The translations under genes and the position numbers were made by a program. Under the pieces are notes generated by a model, which saw only the letters and a program-made list of their open reading frames with translations, was not told where the DNA came from and searched no databases. Below, in pieces: positions 18,004-26,221 of a stretch of 57,852 nucleotides of DNA. Source of the stretch: Minisyncoccota bacterium (GTDB lineage: Bacteria > Patescibacteriota > Minisyncoccia > Phycocordibacterales > DAORIS01); assembly GCA_035438625.1 (NCBI GenBank), contig DAORIS010000005.1, positions 1 to 57,852 of the forward strand, read 5' to 3'. The stretch's first letter is position 1. Each line of letters opens with the position of its first letter.

Positions 18004-18924
18004 ATGAAAAAAATTATTGGTATTGTTGTCGCAATTGCTGTTTTAGCTGTCGTGGCGTTTCTGTTAGTTAAGAATTTTTCTGATAAGGAAGCGATTCCTA
18101 ATACAGGGGAAAACAATACTCCAGTAGGTGTTTCTACAACAACAGAGCCAACTGCTACTTCAACTCAAACAACTGAAGATACTGGAAAGAGAGTTATTGG
18201 TAAGTCAGTCGAAGGACGAGATATTGTTGCATACTCCTACGGAACTGGTAATACAGACGTGTTGTTCATTGGAGGTATTCATGGAGGATATGAATGGAAC
18301 ACTGCACTCGTTGGATATGAACTTGTTGATTTTCTAAACTCAAATCCATCTGTTGTTCCTGAAAACGTTAAGGTGACAGTTATTCCCGTAATGAATCCAG
18401 ATGGTTTGAACAAGGTAGTAGGCACAACTGAGAAATTTGATAGCGATGATGTTTCAACTTCAAACACTGTTGTGGTCTCTGGTCGCTTTAATGCAAACAA
18501 CGTTGACCTTAACCGAAACTTTGACTGTGATTGGAAGGCAAGCGCAATGTGGCAGAACAAGACAGTAAGTGGTGGAACGGCAGCATTCTCAGAACCAGAA
18601 AGTCAGGCAATTAAGGCGTATGTTGAAGCAAACAAGCCAGAAGCGGTGGTTGTTTGGTATAGCGCAGCTGGTGGAGTGTATGCATCAAATTGTCATGGTG
18701 TTGTTTCAGAGGGAACACTTTCTCTTATGAATACATATGCAAAGGCCTCAGGATACTCAGCTCACAAAGATTTCAATTTCTATGAGATCACTGGAGACAT
18801 GGTGAACTGGTTTGCAAAGAACAATATTCCAGCAATCAGCGTCCTTCTTACAAATCACGAAGATGTTGAGTGGAACAAGAACAGGGCTGGTATTGAAGCA
18901 ATCCTTAGATCTTATAACCAATAA
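18004..18924 (+). CDS. M14-family zinc carboxypeptidase, membrane-anchored (copy 1)
   Basis: N-terminal TM and a Thr-rich linker, then GGIHGGYEWNT, VIPVMNPDG, FNANNVDLNRNFDCDW, FSEPES. Confidence 0.8.
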   Translation: MKKIIGIVVAIAVLAVVAFLLVKNFSDKEAIPNTGENNTPVGVSTTTEPTATSTQTTEDTGKRVIGKSVEGRDIVAYSYGTGNTDVLFIGGIHGGYEWNTALVGYELVDFLNSNPSVVPENVKVTVIPVMNPDGLNKVVGTTEKFDSDDVSTSNTVVVSGRFNANNVDLNRNFDCDWKASAMWQNKTVSGGTAAFSEPESQAIKAYVEANKPEAVVVWYSAAGGVYASNCHGVVSEGTLSLMNTYAKASGYSAHKDFNFYEITGDMVNWFAKNNIPAISVLLTNHEDVEWNKNRAGIEAILRSYNQ

Positions 18925-19820
18925 TGCGTAGGTCTCCGCTACAGAAGTTCATTGGTGTAGCAGTTTTTGTGCTTGGTATTGTTGGACTAATTCTATTCCT
19001 TGTTGGGAAGAACGAGCAAGTTAAAGAACCTGATGTTGCCCCAGTCGAACAAGCGACATCATCAGAACCAGTTCGAGAAGTAATTGGCACTTCAGTTGAA
19101 GGACGAGAAATTGAGGCGTACACATTCGGAACTGGAGCAAAGCGATTGTTGTTTGCAGGTGGAATGCACGGAGGATATGAGTGGAATAGTGTGCTTTTGG
19201 CATATGAGTTTATGGATTACGTTACAGAAAATCCAAACCTCATTCCTGAAGGAATTTCAATTTCAGTCATCCCTTCGATTAATCCAGACGGCGTATTTAC
19301 AGTAGTTGGAAAAGAAGGGAGATTTACACTTGCAGACATCTCTGCAGCTACACAAAGCATGCTACCAGCTGGCGCCGGCCGCTTTAATGCGAATGATGTG
19401 GATTTAAACAGGAACTTCGATTGTAAATGGCAACCAACAAGCACGTGGCGTTCAAAAACAGTCAGTGCTGGAACCGCACCGTTTTCTGAGCCCGAGGCAA
19501 AAGCACTTCAAGGGTTTGTATTAAAGTATCGACCGTCGGCAGTTGTCTTTTGGCACAGTCAGGCAAATTCGGTATATGCGTCGGAGTGTACTGAAGGAAT
19601 TCTGCCTGTAACTATTGATGTTATGAATGCATATGCGAGCGCTGCCGGATATAGTGCAGTGAGCTCGTTTGATGCATATCCAGTTACAGGAGATGCTGAA
19701 GGATGGCTCGCTTCAATTGGAATTCCTGCTATTACAGTAGAGCTTAAAACCCACGAAACTATTGAGTGGGATAAAAATCTTGCTGGTGTTAAAGCGGTAC
19801 TAAAGTATTTTAGTAAGTAA
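18924..19820 (+). CDS. M14-family zinc carboxypeptidase, membrane-anchored (copy 2, tandem paralogue)
   Basis: Same motifs (GGMHGGYEWNS, VIPSINPDG, FNANDVDLNRNFDCKW, FSEPEA). TAATG stop/start overlap with copy 1. Confidence 0.8.
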   Translation: MRRSPLQKFIGVAVFVLGIVGLILFLVGKNEQVKEPDVAPVEQATSSEPVREVIGTSVEGREIEAYTFGTGAKRLLFAGGMHGGYEWNSVLLAYEFMDYVTENPNLIPEGISISVIPSINPDGVFTVVGKEGRFTLADISAATQSMLPAGAGRFNANDVDLNRNFDCKWQPTSTWRSKTVSAGTAPFSEPEAKALQGFVLKYRPSAVVFWHSQANSVYASECTEGILPVTIDVMNAYASAAGYSAVSSFDAYPVTGDAEGWLASIGIPAITVELKTHETIEWDKNLAGVKAVLKYFSK

Positions 19821-19825
19821 CATAT

Positions 19826-20500
19826 ATGAAAACAGTTGTCATTACTGGTATCGGAAAGGGAATAGGAAAAGCACTTGCATTAAAGTTCCTTGAGGATGGA
19901 TTTCGGGTGGTAGGAACAACGCTTTCGTCAATGCCTGATTACTCTCATGAACATCTTGATGTGTACACACTAGACCTTGGTTCGTATGAGAGTATTAGCG
20001 CTTGTGTAACTGAAATTACCAACAAACATCCCCACATTGATATTGTCATTAATAACGCTGGAGTACTCCTTGATGAAAGTGAGGTTGCGCTAGTTCCAGA
20101 GTTACTTAGAAAAACATTGGAGATTAATGTTATCGGCACGACAACATTTACTGAGCAAATTCTTCCTCATGTTCAAAGTGGAGGTCACGTTGTTGTAATT
20201 TCTTCAAGCGCAGGCTCGCTTGAGCGAGCAGGTAAAGCAATTAGTCATTTTCCATTCCATTATCCCGCATACAAAATCTCTAAAGCGGCACTCAATATGT
20301 ATGTGCGGACATTAGCGTTACGTCTAAAAGAGGAGAATGTTACAGTAAGTGCAATCCATCCGGGGTGGGTGAAAACTGATATTGGTGGTGTTGGAGCAGA
20401 GATGGCTCCAGAAGAAGCAGCAGAAGGAATTTACCAAACTTCTATTAATGCTCCTGAAACAGGAAATTTTTGGTTTAAAGGTGAAAAGTTACCCTGGTAA
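19826..20500 (+). CDS. SDR-family oxidoreductase
   Basis: TGIGKGIG cofactor motif, NNAG, catalytic YxxxK (YKISK). Confidence 0.85.
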   Translation: MKTVVITGIGKGIGKALALKFLEDGFRVVGTTLSSMPDYSHEHLDVYTLDLGSYESISACVTEITNKHPHIDIVINNAGVLLDESEVALVPELLRKTLEINVIGTTTFTEQILPHVQSGGHVVVISSSAGSLERAGKAISHFPFHYPAYKISKAALNMYVRTLALRLKEENVTVSAIHPGWVKTDIGGVGAEMAPEEAAEGIYQTSINAPETGNFWFKGEKLPW

Positions 20501-21058
20501 ATGCAATCCAGCATTGTAATAGCAGGTACCAATATTTCTTATTCTATTAAGGTTAGTCGTCGAGCAAAGCGAATGAGTGTAACAGTATTTCCCGGTGGAG
20601 TGTTAGTGGTGACGGTTCCCAAAAAGACCTCAATTGATGTGATTGAAAACCTATTACACAGGAAGTCTACGTGGATACGCAGAGTAATTAATCGTCTCAG
20701 TACTCTTCCACGAGTGTCTCGTATTGAAGACAGTAAAACTGAATATAAAAAATATAAAACAATTGCACTTAAAACTGCACAAAATAAAGTACAAGAGTTT
20801 AATACTTTCTATCGGTATCTCGTTAAGTCAATTTCTATTAGAAATCAAAAAACACGCTGGGGTAGTTGCTCAAGACGTGGTTCACTCAATTTCAATTATA
20901 AAATTGCTTTCTTACCCGAACCGCTAGTGGACTATCTAGTTGTCCATGAATTGTGTCACTTAGGTGAGTTTAACCACTCAAGTAAATTCTGGGATTTGGT
21001 TGCAAAGACTATTCCTGACTATAAAGAGAAGCGGACACTGCTTAAACGGTGTGTGTAG
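20501..21058 (+). CDS. YgjP/DUF45-type (M48-like) metal-dependent hydrolase
   Basis: TRWGSCSRRGSLNFNYKIAFLP and the HExxH-type motif VVHELCHL, followed by FWDLV. Confidence 0.75.
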   Translation: MQSSIVIAGTNISYSIKVSRRAKRMSVTVFPGGVLVVTVPKKTSIDVIENLLHRKSTWIRRVINRLSTLPRVSRIEDSKTEYKKYKTIALKTAQNKVQEFNTFYRYLVKSISIRNQKTRWGSCSRRGSLNFNYKIAFLPEPLVDYLVVHELCHLGEFNHSSKFWDLVAKTIPDYKEKRTLLKRCV

Positions 21059-21104
21059 CAAGAATCGGGTTTCCAAGTCCCGTGCTTTACCCTATGATAC
21101 CTGG

Positions 21105-21929
21105 ATGCATACGGAGTATAAGCACATCGCCAAAGCTTTACAGTTCATCCGTGAACACACAAAAGAGCAACCTAGCCTTGAGGCTGTGGCTAAACATGTG
21201 GGAATGAGTCCGTTTCATCTACAGCGCTTGTTTACTGCTTGGGCAGGCATTAGTCCTAAGAAGTTCTTGCAATATATAAGTATCGAGCATGCAAAGGAGG
21301 TGTTGCGAGAAAAAGGAGGTACAACAACCGGCGCAAGTTACAAAGCAGGGCTATCTGGCACTGGACGATTACACGACTTATTTATACGTATTGAAGGAAT
21401 GACACCTGGTGAGTATAAAAATGGCGGTGTTGGAATCACTATTGAGTATGGTTTTGGAACTTCAGCATTTGGAAATTATCTCGTAGCTTCAACTGAAAAG
21501 GGAATTTGCAATATATTGTTTTTTGACGCAAAGAAGATTGAAGCAGTGAAAGAATTACAGTCTCACTGGCCACAAGCTCGAATAATTAAAAACAATTCTC
21601 GTGCACATGCTGGGGTTCATAATTTTTTTGCTGGTAAAAAAAGAAAGAGAATTGTTCTGCACCTCAAAGGAACGCCATTTCAAATAAAGGCCTGGGAAGC
21701 ACTATTAAAAATCCCTGAGGGACAACTTACCTCGTACGCCTCTCTTGCTAGTACCTTAGGAAGTGGTGCGTTTCGTGCAGTGGGAAGCGCTATTGGCGCA
21801 AACCCGGTAGCGTATCTAATACCGTGTCATAGAGTCATTAAGTCAGTTGGAAACATTGGAGAATATAGGTGGGGTGCAACACGAAAAGCTGCAATGACAA
21901 TTCACGAGGCACACAAAACTAGAAAATAG
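21105..21929 (+). CDS. AraC-type HTH fused to methylated-DNA-protein-cysteine methyltransferase (Ada/Ogt-like)
   Basis: HTH region (LEAVAKHVGMSPFHLQRLFTAWAGISPKKFLQYISIEHAK) plus an MGMT domain with active site IPCHRVI. ATG 21105 chosen; the ORF-track start overlaps the upstream gene. Confidence 0.8.
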   Translation: MHTEYKHIAKALQFIREHTKEQPSLEAVAKHVGMSPFHLQRLFTAWAGISPKKFLQYISIEHAKEVLREKGGTTTGASYKAGLSGTGRLHDLFIRIEGMTPGEYKNGGVGITIEYGFGTSAFGNYLVASTEKGICNILFFDAKKIEAVKELQSHWPQARIIKNNSRAHAGVHNFFAGKKRKRIVLHLKGTPFQIKAWEALLKIPEGQLTSYASLASTLGSGAFRAVGSAIGANPVAYLIPCHRVIKSVGNIGEYRWGATRKAAMTIHEAHKTRK

Positions 21930-21930
21930 C

Positions 21931-22527
21931 ATGAAAAATATTCCATCTGAAATTTTAAAAGATAAGGTATTTGGACCATTAGTGAAAATTTACGGTGCTC
22001 CTGACTTCACAAAGTATCATGGTCGCACTACTATCTTTGAGGCATTAATACGTTCTATTATCTATCAGCAATTATCAGGGAAAGCTGCAGCTACAATACG
22101 TGGTAGGTTTGCAGCATTATTTCCTCGTAGGAAAATAACACCACAAAAAGTTCTGTTACTTTCCGATGAAAACATGAGAGGGGCAGGAATTTCTCGAGGC
22201 AAAGTTGCATATGTTCGTGATCTTGCTCAAAAATTTATTGACGGAACAGTGCCACATCGTTCGTTTAAAAAAATGACTAATGAAGAAATCATTGTTCACT
22301 TAACAAAAGTTCACGGTATTGGTGAATGGACTGTTCATATGCTTTTAATATTTACGCTACATCGACCGGACGTGCTTCCGGTTGGAGATTTGGCTATTAG
22401 AAAAGGATTTCAGAAAGCCTATGGCTTAAAAACATTGCCAACAGCAAAAGAAATGGAAAAATTAGCGCTCTCTTGGAGGAAATACGCTTCGTTTGCGTCT
22501 TGGTATTTATGGAGGCTTGTTGATTAG
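21931..22527 (+). CDS. alkA: DNA-3-methyladenine glycosylase II (HhH-GPD family, AlkA-like)
   Basis: HhH-GPD segment LTKVHGIGEWTVHMLLIF ... PDVLPVGDLAIRKG. Starts 2 nt after the Ada-like gene. Confidence 0.7.
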   Translation: MKNIPSEILKDKVFGPLVKIYGAPDFTKYHGRTTIFEALIRSIIYQQLSGKAAATIRGRFAALFPRRKITPQKVLLLSDENMRGAGISRGKVAYVRDLAQKFIDGTVPHRSFKKMTNEEIIVHLTKVHGIGEWTVHMLLIFTLHRPDVLPVGDLAIRKGFQKAYGLKTLPTAKEMEKLALSWRKYASFASWYLWRLVD

Positions 22528-22564
22528 TTGTGCTTTGGTAAGATAAAACATTAACCCAAAATAC

Positions 22565-23002
22565 ATGCGTACATTTGATCCAGAGGTCAGTTCGTATCTT
22601 TTAGCACAGCGAGTTGGAGTATTGGCGGTTGAAATGCCAGATGGTTCTCCGCACGGTGCAACGGTGCATTTTGCGCATACTGATGATACGGGTGCATTTT
22701 TCTTTGCAACCGCAGTAACTACACTAAAAGCTAAAGCATTGGAAGGAAAGCAAGTAACTCGAGCAACCTTTGTACTTGGAACAAATGAAGAAGACATGAA
22801 GACACTCCAATTGGACGGAACTGTTGTGGTCGTTCCTCAAGATGATATGGAAAAGTTTACGACCGTATATCTTGGTAAATTCCCAGAGAAGGAACCGAGA
22901 GTGAATTCACCGCAATCGCTGTTATTGAAGTTCACTCCAACGTGGTGGAGGTATACTGATGGGTCACGAAAAAAAGAAAGACTTGTGTTGGTGTCAGAAT
23001 AA
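22565..23002 (+). CDS. pyridoxamine 5'-phosphate oxidase-family (split-barrel flavin-binding) protein
   Basis: Size and pattern (LLAQRVGVLAVEMPDGSPHGATVHFA ... LQLDGTVVVV) fit the PNPOx-like / general stress protein 26 fold. Confidence 0.65.
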   Translation: MRTFDPEVSSYLLAQRVGVLAVEMPDGSPHGATVHFAHTDDTGAFFFATAVTTLKAKALEGKQVTRATFVLGTNEEDMKTLQLDGTVVVVPQDDMEKFTTVYLGKFPEKEPRVNSPQSLLLKFTPTWWRYTDGSRKKERLVLVSE

Positions 23003-23019
23003 GTAGGTAATTTAAATAT

Positions 23020-23805
23020 ATGATTGAAGTTAAAAATATTACAAAGAAGTTCGGAAAATTCACCGCGGTAGACAATGTTTCATTTAAGGTGGAAGCTGGT
23101 GAGGTGTTTGCATTTCTCGGTCCAAACGGGGCGGGGAAGTCTACGACAATAAAGATGCTGACCACCCTCCTTCGTCCTACTGAAGGGCAGATTTTCCTCA
23201 ATGGTCATAATGTGACTGAAAATCCAGGAGAAACTCGTCGTTCACTTGGAATTGTGTTTCAAGACCCTAGTCTCGATAATGAGCTTACTGCGTATGAAAA
23301 CATGCAGTTCCATGCAATTCTCTATGGTCTTCCAAAGAAAGTGTACACACAGCGTATTGTGGACCTATTAAATCTAGTAGAGCTCTACGACCGAAAGGAT
23401 TCATACGTAAAGAACTTCTCTGGAGGCATGAAGCGACGTCTTGAGATTGCACGTGGTCTACTGCATCACCCTAAAGTGTTATTTCTAGATGAACCAACAA
23501 TCGGTCTTGATCCACAGACACGAAACCACATCTGGACATATATTAAGGAGTTAAACAAAAAGGAAAATGTAACTATCTTCCTTACAACTCACCACATGGA
23601 AGAAGTGGAGCGAATGGCATCTCGTCTTGCAATTATTGACCATGGAAAAGTAATTGCTAGTGGTTCTATTGAGGATATTAAGAAAGAAGCTGGTACTTCA
23701 AACCTTGAAGACGCGTTTATTACGCTTACGGGAAAGCAAATCAGAAAAGAAGAGGCAAACGTTGGTCTCAACCAGATGAGGATCTCTAATAAGCTAATGC
23801 GGTAA
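23020..23805 (+). CDS. ABC transporter ATP-binding protein (ABC-2 / DrrA-like)
   Basis: Walker A GPNGAGKST, signature FSGGMKRRLEIARG, Walker [13 protein letters not shown]-loop TTHHMEE. Confidence 0.9.
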   Translation: MIEVKNITKKFGKFTAVDNVSFKVEAGEVFAFLGPNGAGKSTTIKMLTTLLRPTEGQIFLNGHNVTENPGETRRSLGIVFQDPSLDNELTAYENMQFHAILYGLPKKVYTQRIVDLLNLVELYDRKDSYVKNFSGGMKRRLEIARGLLHHPKVLFLDEPTIGLDPQTRNHIWTYIKELNKKENVTIFLTTHHMEEVERMASRLAIIDHGKVIASGSIEDIKKEAGTSNLEDAFITLTGKQIRKEEANVGLNQMRISNKLMR

Positions 23806-23811
23806 TTACAC

Positions 23812-24558
23812 ATGAATACAATCTATATCCTTTGGATCCGTCAGTTAAAGCGCTTTATCCGTAAGAAGGCAGCAATCGTTGGTGCCCTAGGTCAACCAAT
23901 CTTGTTCTTGTTTGTCATTGGTTTTGGACTTAATCCAGTGTTTTCACGAGCGGGAGATGGTGATTACATTCAGTTCCTCGTTCCTGGAATTATTGTGATG
24001 ACAGTACTCTTTACCTCAATCTTTACTGGACTTGAAATCATCTGGGACAAGCAATTCGGATTCCTCAAGGAAACATTCGTGGCGCCCGTGTCCCGCCTCG
24101 AAATCCTTATCGGTAAAACTCTTGGTGGTGCTACGGTTGCACTTGTTCAAGGTTTGCTCGTGTTCTGTATCTCGTTTTTGGCAGGTTTTCGAGTTGAGAA
24201 CATCTATATGCTTCCGATAGCGTTTGGCTTCTTGGTACTAGTTGCAATTATGTCGTCAGCCCTTGGAGCTACGATTGCAGCGCGTCTTGAAGACATGCAA
24301 AGTTTCCCTTTGATCTTTAACTTCATCATTCAGCCATTATTCTTCGTCTCAGGTGCAATCTTTCCAATCAAAGACCTTCCAGCTGCGCTTGATGTTGTTA
24401 CAAAAGTTAACCCATTTTCATATGGGGTGGACGGGTTACGGTATGCCTTGGGGAATACAAACGTATTTTCACCGGTATTAAGTCTCACTGTCCTTGTTTC
24501 AGTGACCATTGTCATCTGTATAGTGGGCGCCTACCAGTTTTCCCGAGTTGAACTATAG
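23812..24558 (+). CDS. ABC-2 type transporter permease
   Basis: Six hydrophobic helices. Immediately downstream of the DrrA-like ATPase. Confidence 0.8.
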   Translation: MNTIYILWIRQLKRFIRKKAAIVGALGQPILFLFVIGFGLNPVFSRAGDGDYIQFLVPGIIVMTVLFTSIFTGLEIIWDKQFGFLKETFVAPVSRLEILIGKTLGGATVALVQGLLVFCISFLAGFRVENIYMLPIAFGFLVLVAIMSSALGATIAARLEDMQSFPLIFNFIIQPLFFVSGAIFPIKDLPAALDVVTKVNPFSYGVDGLRYALGNTNVFSPVLSLTVLVSVTIVICIVGAYQFSRVEL

Positions 24559-24625
24559 AACGAGCAATTTGTCTATATACCTGCTATACTTTCCCCTGTA
24601 AGGCTTATAATCAAATAACAAGAAA

Positions 24626-24886
24626 ATGCCAACAGCAAAAGTAAATTCTGCATTCATGAAACCTATGACAGTTAGCCCGGAGCTAGCTCCAGTTGTAGGA
24701 AAGGGTCCAATGCCACGTTCCGAAGCTACTAAGCAAATTTGGGCATATATCAAGAAGAACAATCTTCAGGATCCAACAAACAAGCGAAACATCAACGCCG
24801 ATGAAAACCTTATGAAGGTATTCGGAGGAAAGAAGACAGTGAGCATGTTTGAAATGACAAAGCTTGTTTCAAAGCATCTTTCGTAG
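24626..24886 (+). CDS. SWIB/MDM2-domain protein
   Basis: VSPELAPVVGKGPMPRSEATKQIWAYIKKNNLQDPTNKRNINADENLMKVFGGKKTVSMFEMTKLVSKHL matches the SWIB/MDM2 domain pattern almost end to end. Confidence 0.8.
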   Translation: MPTAKVNSAFMKPMTVSPELAPVVGKGPMPRSEATKQIWAYIKKNNLQDPTNKRNINADENLMKVFGGKKTVSMFEMTKLVSKHLS

Positions 24887-24910
24887 ATCTTTTCACAAGA
24901 AGAATAAAAA

Positions 24911-24937
24911 ATCACCCTGAAAACAGGGTGATTTTTT
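24911..24937 (+). terminator. intrinsic terminator
   Basis: atcaccctg-aaaa-cagggtgat followed by T6. Downstream of the SWIB gene. Confidence 0.75.
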
Positions 24938-24944
24938 ATATGAA

Positions 24945-24968
24945 AAGACACCATACTCATGGTGTCTT
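24945..24968 (-). terminator. hairpin downstream of minus-strand gene 24983..25489
   Basis: aagacacc-atactcat-ggtgtctt. The T-tail on the minus strand is weak. Confidence 0.4.
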
Positions 24969-24982
24969 AAAATTTGTTTTAT

Positions 24983-25489
24983 CTAGCCAGTTTTTACTGG
25001 TGCGTTGTTGTTCCTTAGAGGAAATGAGTCCATGCATGATCGTTTTGTGTAGTATGTGAAGTGAGCTTCACATACGTACACGTTCATCACGGATCCATGA
25101 ATGTTAACCCAAACCACGTATTTTTGTGTATGTACGCAGTCTTTAACCATGCATAGCTTTGTCGAATCAAACGGTATCTTGATTGTATACACTGAATGGT
25201 GCATAGTGCCGAAGATTCGTCTGGCAATAACACTCGGGTTCCAGTCAGTATCTAACCGTAACTCATCAGGCGCGTACTCTTCAATGTAGAAATTGGGGGG
25301 TGTTGGTTCATGCGCACGATCTCGATTTCTCGTGAAAATGTAGTATTCCGGTAATGTTCTGCTGTGAAACTGAACGAGTACAGTCGGCGGGTCCCAAAAG
25401 TTAAGTTGTACCATTATCACTTCACCTTGCATGTTGTACAAGCATGAATTCTCTGCTACGTCTGTGACGATGTCACCAGGTTTTAACAC
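24983..25489 (-). CDS. hypothetical protein (ORFan) with Cys/His cluster
   Basis: GTG start preceded by GGAGGA and by a candidate promoter of its own. The C-terminal half has CMVKDCVH ... VCEAH, a possible zinc site. No family recognised. Confidence 0.6.
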   Translation of the reverse strand: MLKPGDIVTDVAENSCLYNMQGEVIMVQLNFWDPPTVLVQFHSRTLPEYYIFTRNRDRAHEPTPPNFYIEEYAPDELRLDTDWNPSVIARRIFGTMHHSVYTIKIPFDSTKLCMVKDCVHTQKYVVWVNIHGSVMNVYVCEAHFTYYTKRSCMDSFPLRNNNAPVKTG

Positions 25490-25533
25490 GTATCCTCCGT
25501 TGTTATAGGGGTTTAAGGAAGTTGTCTATGAAA

Positions 25534-25562
25534 ACAATATGCTATGGGAGTTGTAAAGGCAA
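25534..25562 (-). promoter_or_regulatory. candidate promoter
   Basis: Minus strand reads TTGCCT (25562-25557), 17-nt spacer, TATTGT (25539-25534), upstream of gene 24983..25489. Confidence 0.35.
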
Positions 25563-25564
25563 GA

Positions 25565-25759
25565 TTACGATGCTGTACATAAGTTCACTGGAAGGAACTT
25601 ATGTATTCGCTTACCCTTAAGAAGTTGTGCTTGTCTCAATAGTTCAGTCTTGCGTTCTTTAATCGTTTTTTGGTCTTTGTACCAGATGACATTTACATTC
25701 ATCTGCTCAGCTAGACTCTTGAGACTAGATTCAATGAAATTCTTCTGTTCAGTATTCAT
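25565..25759 (-). CDS. hypothetical small helical protein (ORFan, 64 aa from ATG 25759)
   Basis: The ORF-track start 25795 is TTG. ATG 25759 gives MNTEQKNFIESSLKSLAEQ.... Sits immediately downstream of gene 25798..26136. Confidence 0.45.
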   Translation of the reverse strand: MNTEQKNFIESSLKSLAEQMNVNVIWYKDQKTIKERKTELLRQAQLLKGKRIHKFLPVNLCTAS

Positions 25760-25797
25760 GTGTATAGTATATGTGAACGATAGTTCACATGTCAATA

Positions 25798-26136
25798 CTA
25801 CATATCCACAGACACTACAGAACTTTGAATATAGCTAGTTTCATAGCCCTGATCCTTTGAGAAAATAATGAGGGTTTTGACTGTGTCAGCAGTGCTTTCT
25901 GTATAGATTCTAATATCCTGCATATATAGGTTACCTCGTACGCGCATCAGTAAGCCTCCACTAATGTCAGTAAATTTAACTCTAAAGCGTCCTTGGACAG
26001 ATTGCTTCATTTTAGTGATTAATCCAAGAGTAATCCGACTCACATGTGGGTCTTTTAGTGCAGCATCGGAAATGATTGATTCGGCAACATCAATCATCGA
26101 TGAATGTGTATTTGTAATGTAGGCACGAGGCTTCAC
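25798..26136 (-). CDS. hypothetical protein (ORFan)
   Basis: GTG start at 26136, with an alternative ATG at 26097. Alpha/beta-looking sequence (RITLGLITKMKQSVQGRFRVKFTDISGGLLMRVRGNLYMQDIRIY). No family recognised. Confidence 0.55.
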   Translation of the reverse strand: MKPRAYITNTHSSMIDVAESIISDAALKDPHVSRITLGLITKMKQSVQGRFRVKFTDISGGLLMRVRGNLYMQDIRIYTESTADTVKTLIIFSKDQGYETSYIQSSVVSVDM

Positions 26137-26221
26137 GGGTGCTAATAGTTACGGTATTGGTCGTGTCTTGTCAAATACCTTTTAAAAATTCATAGTGTGG
26201 AATTTGTTACAATGGCAACCA

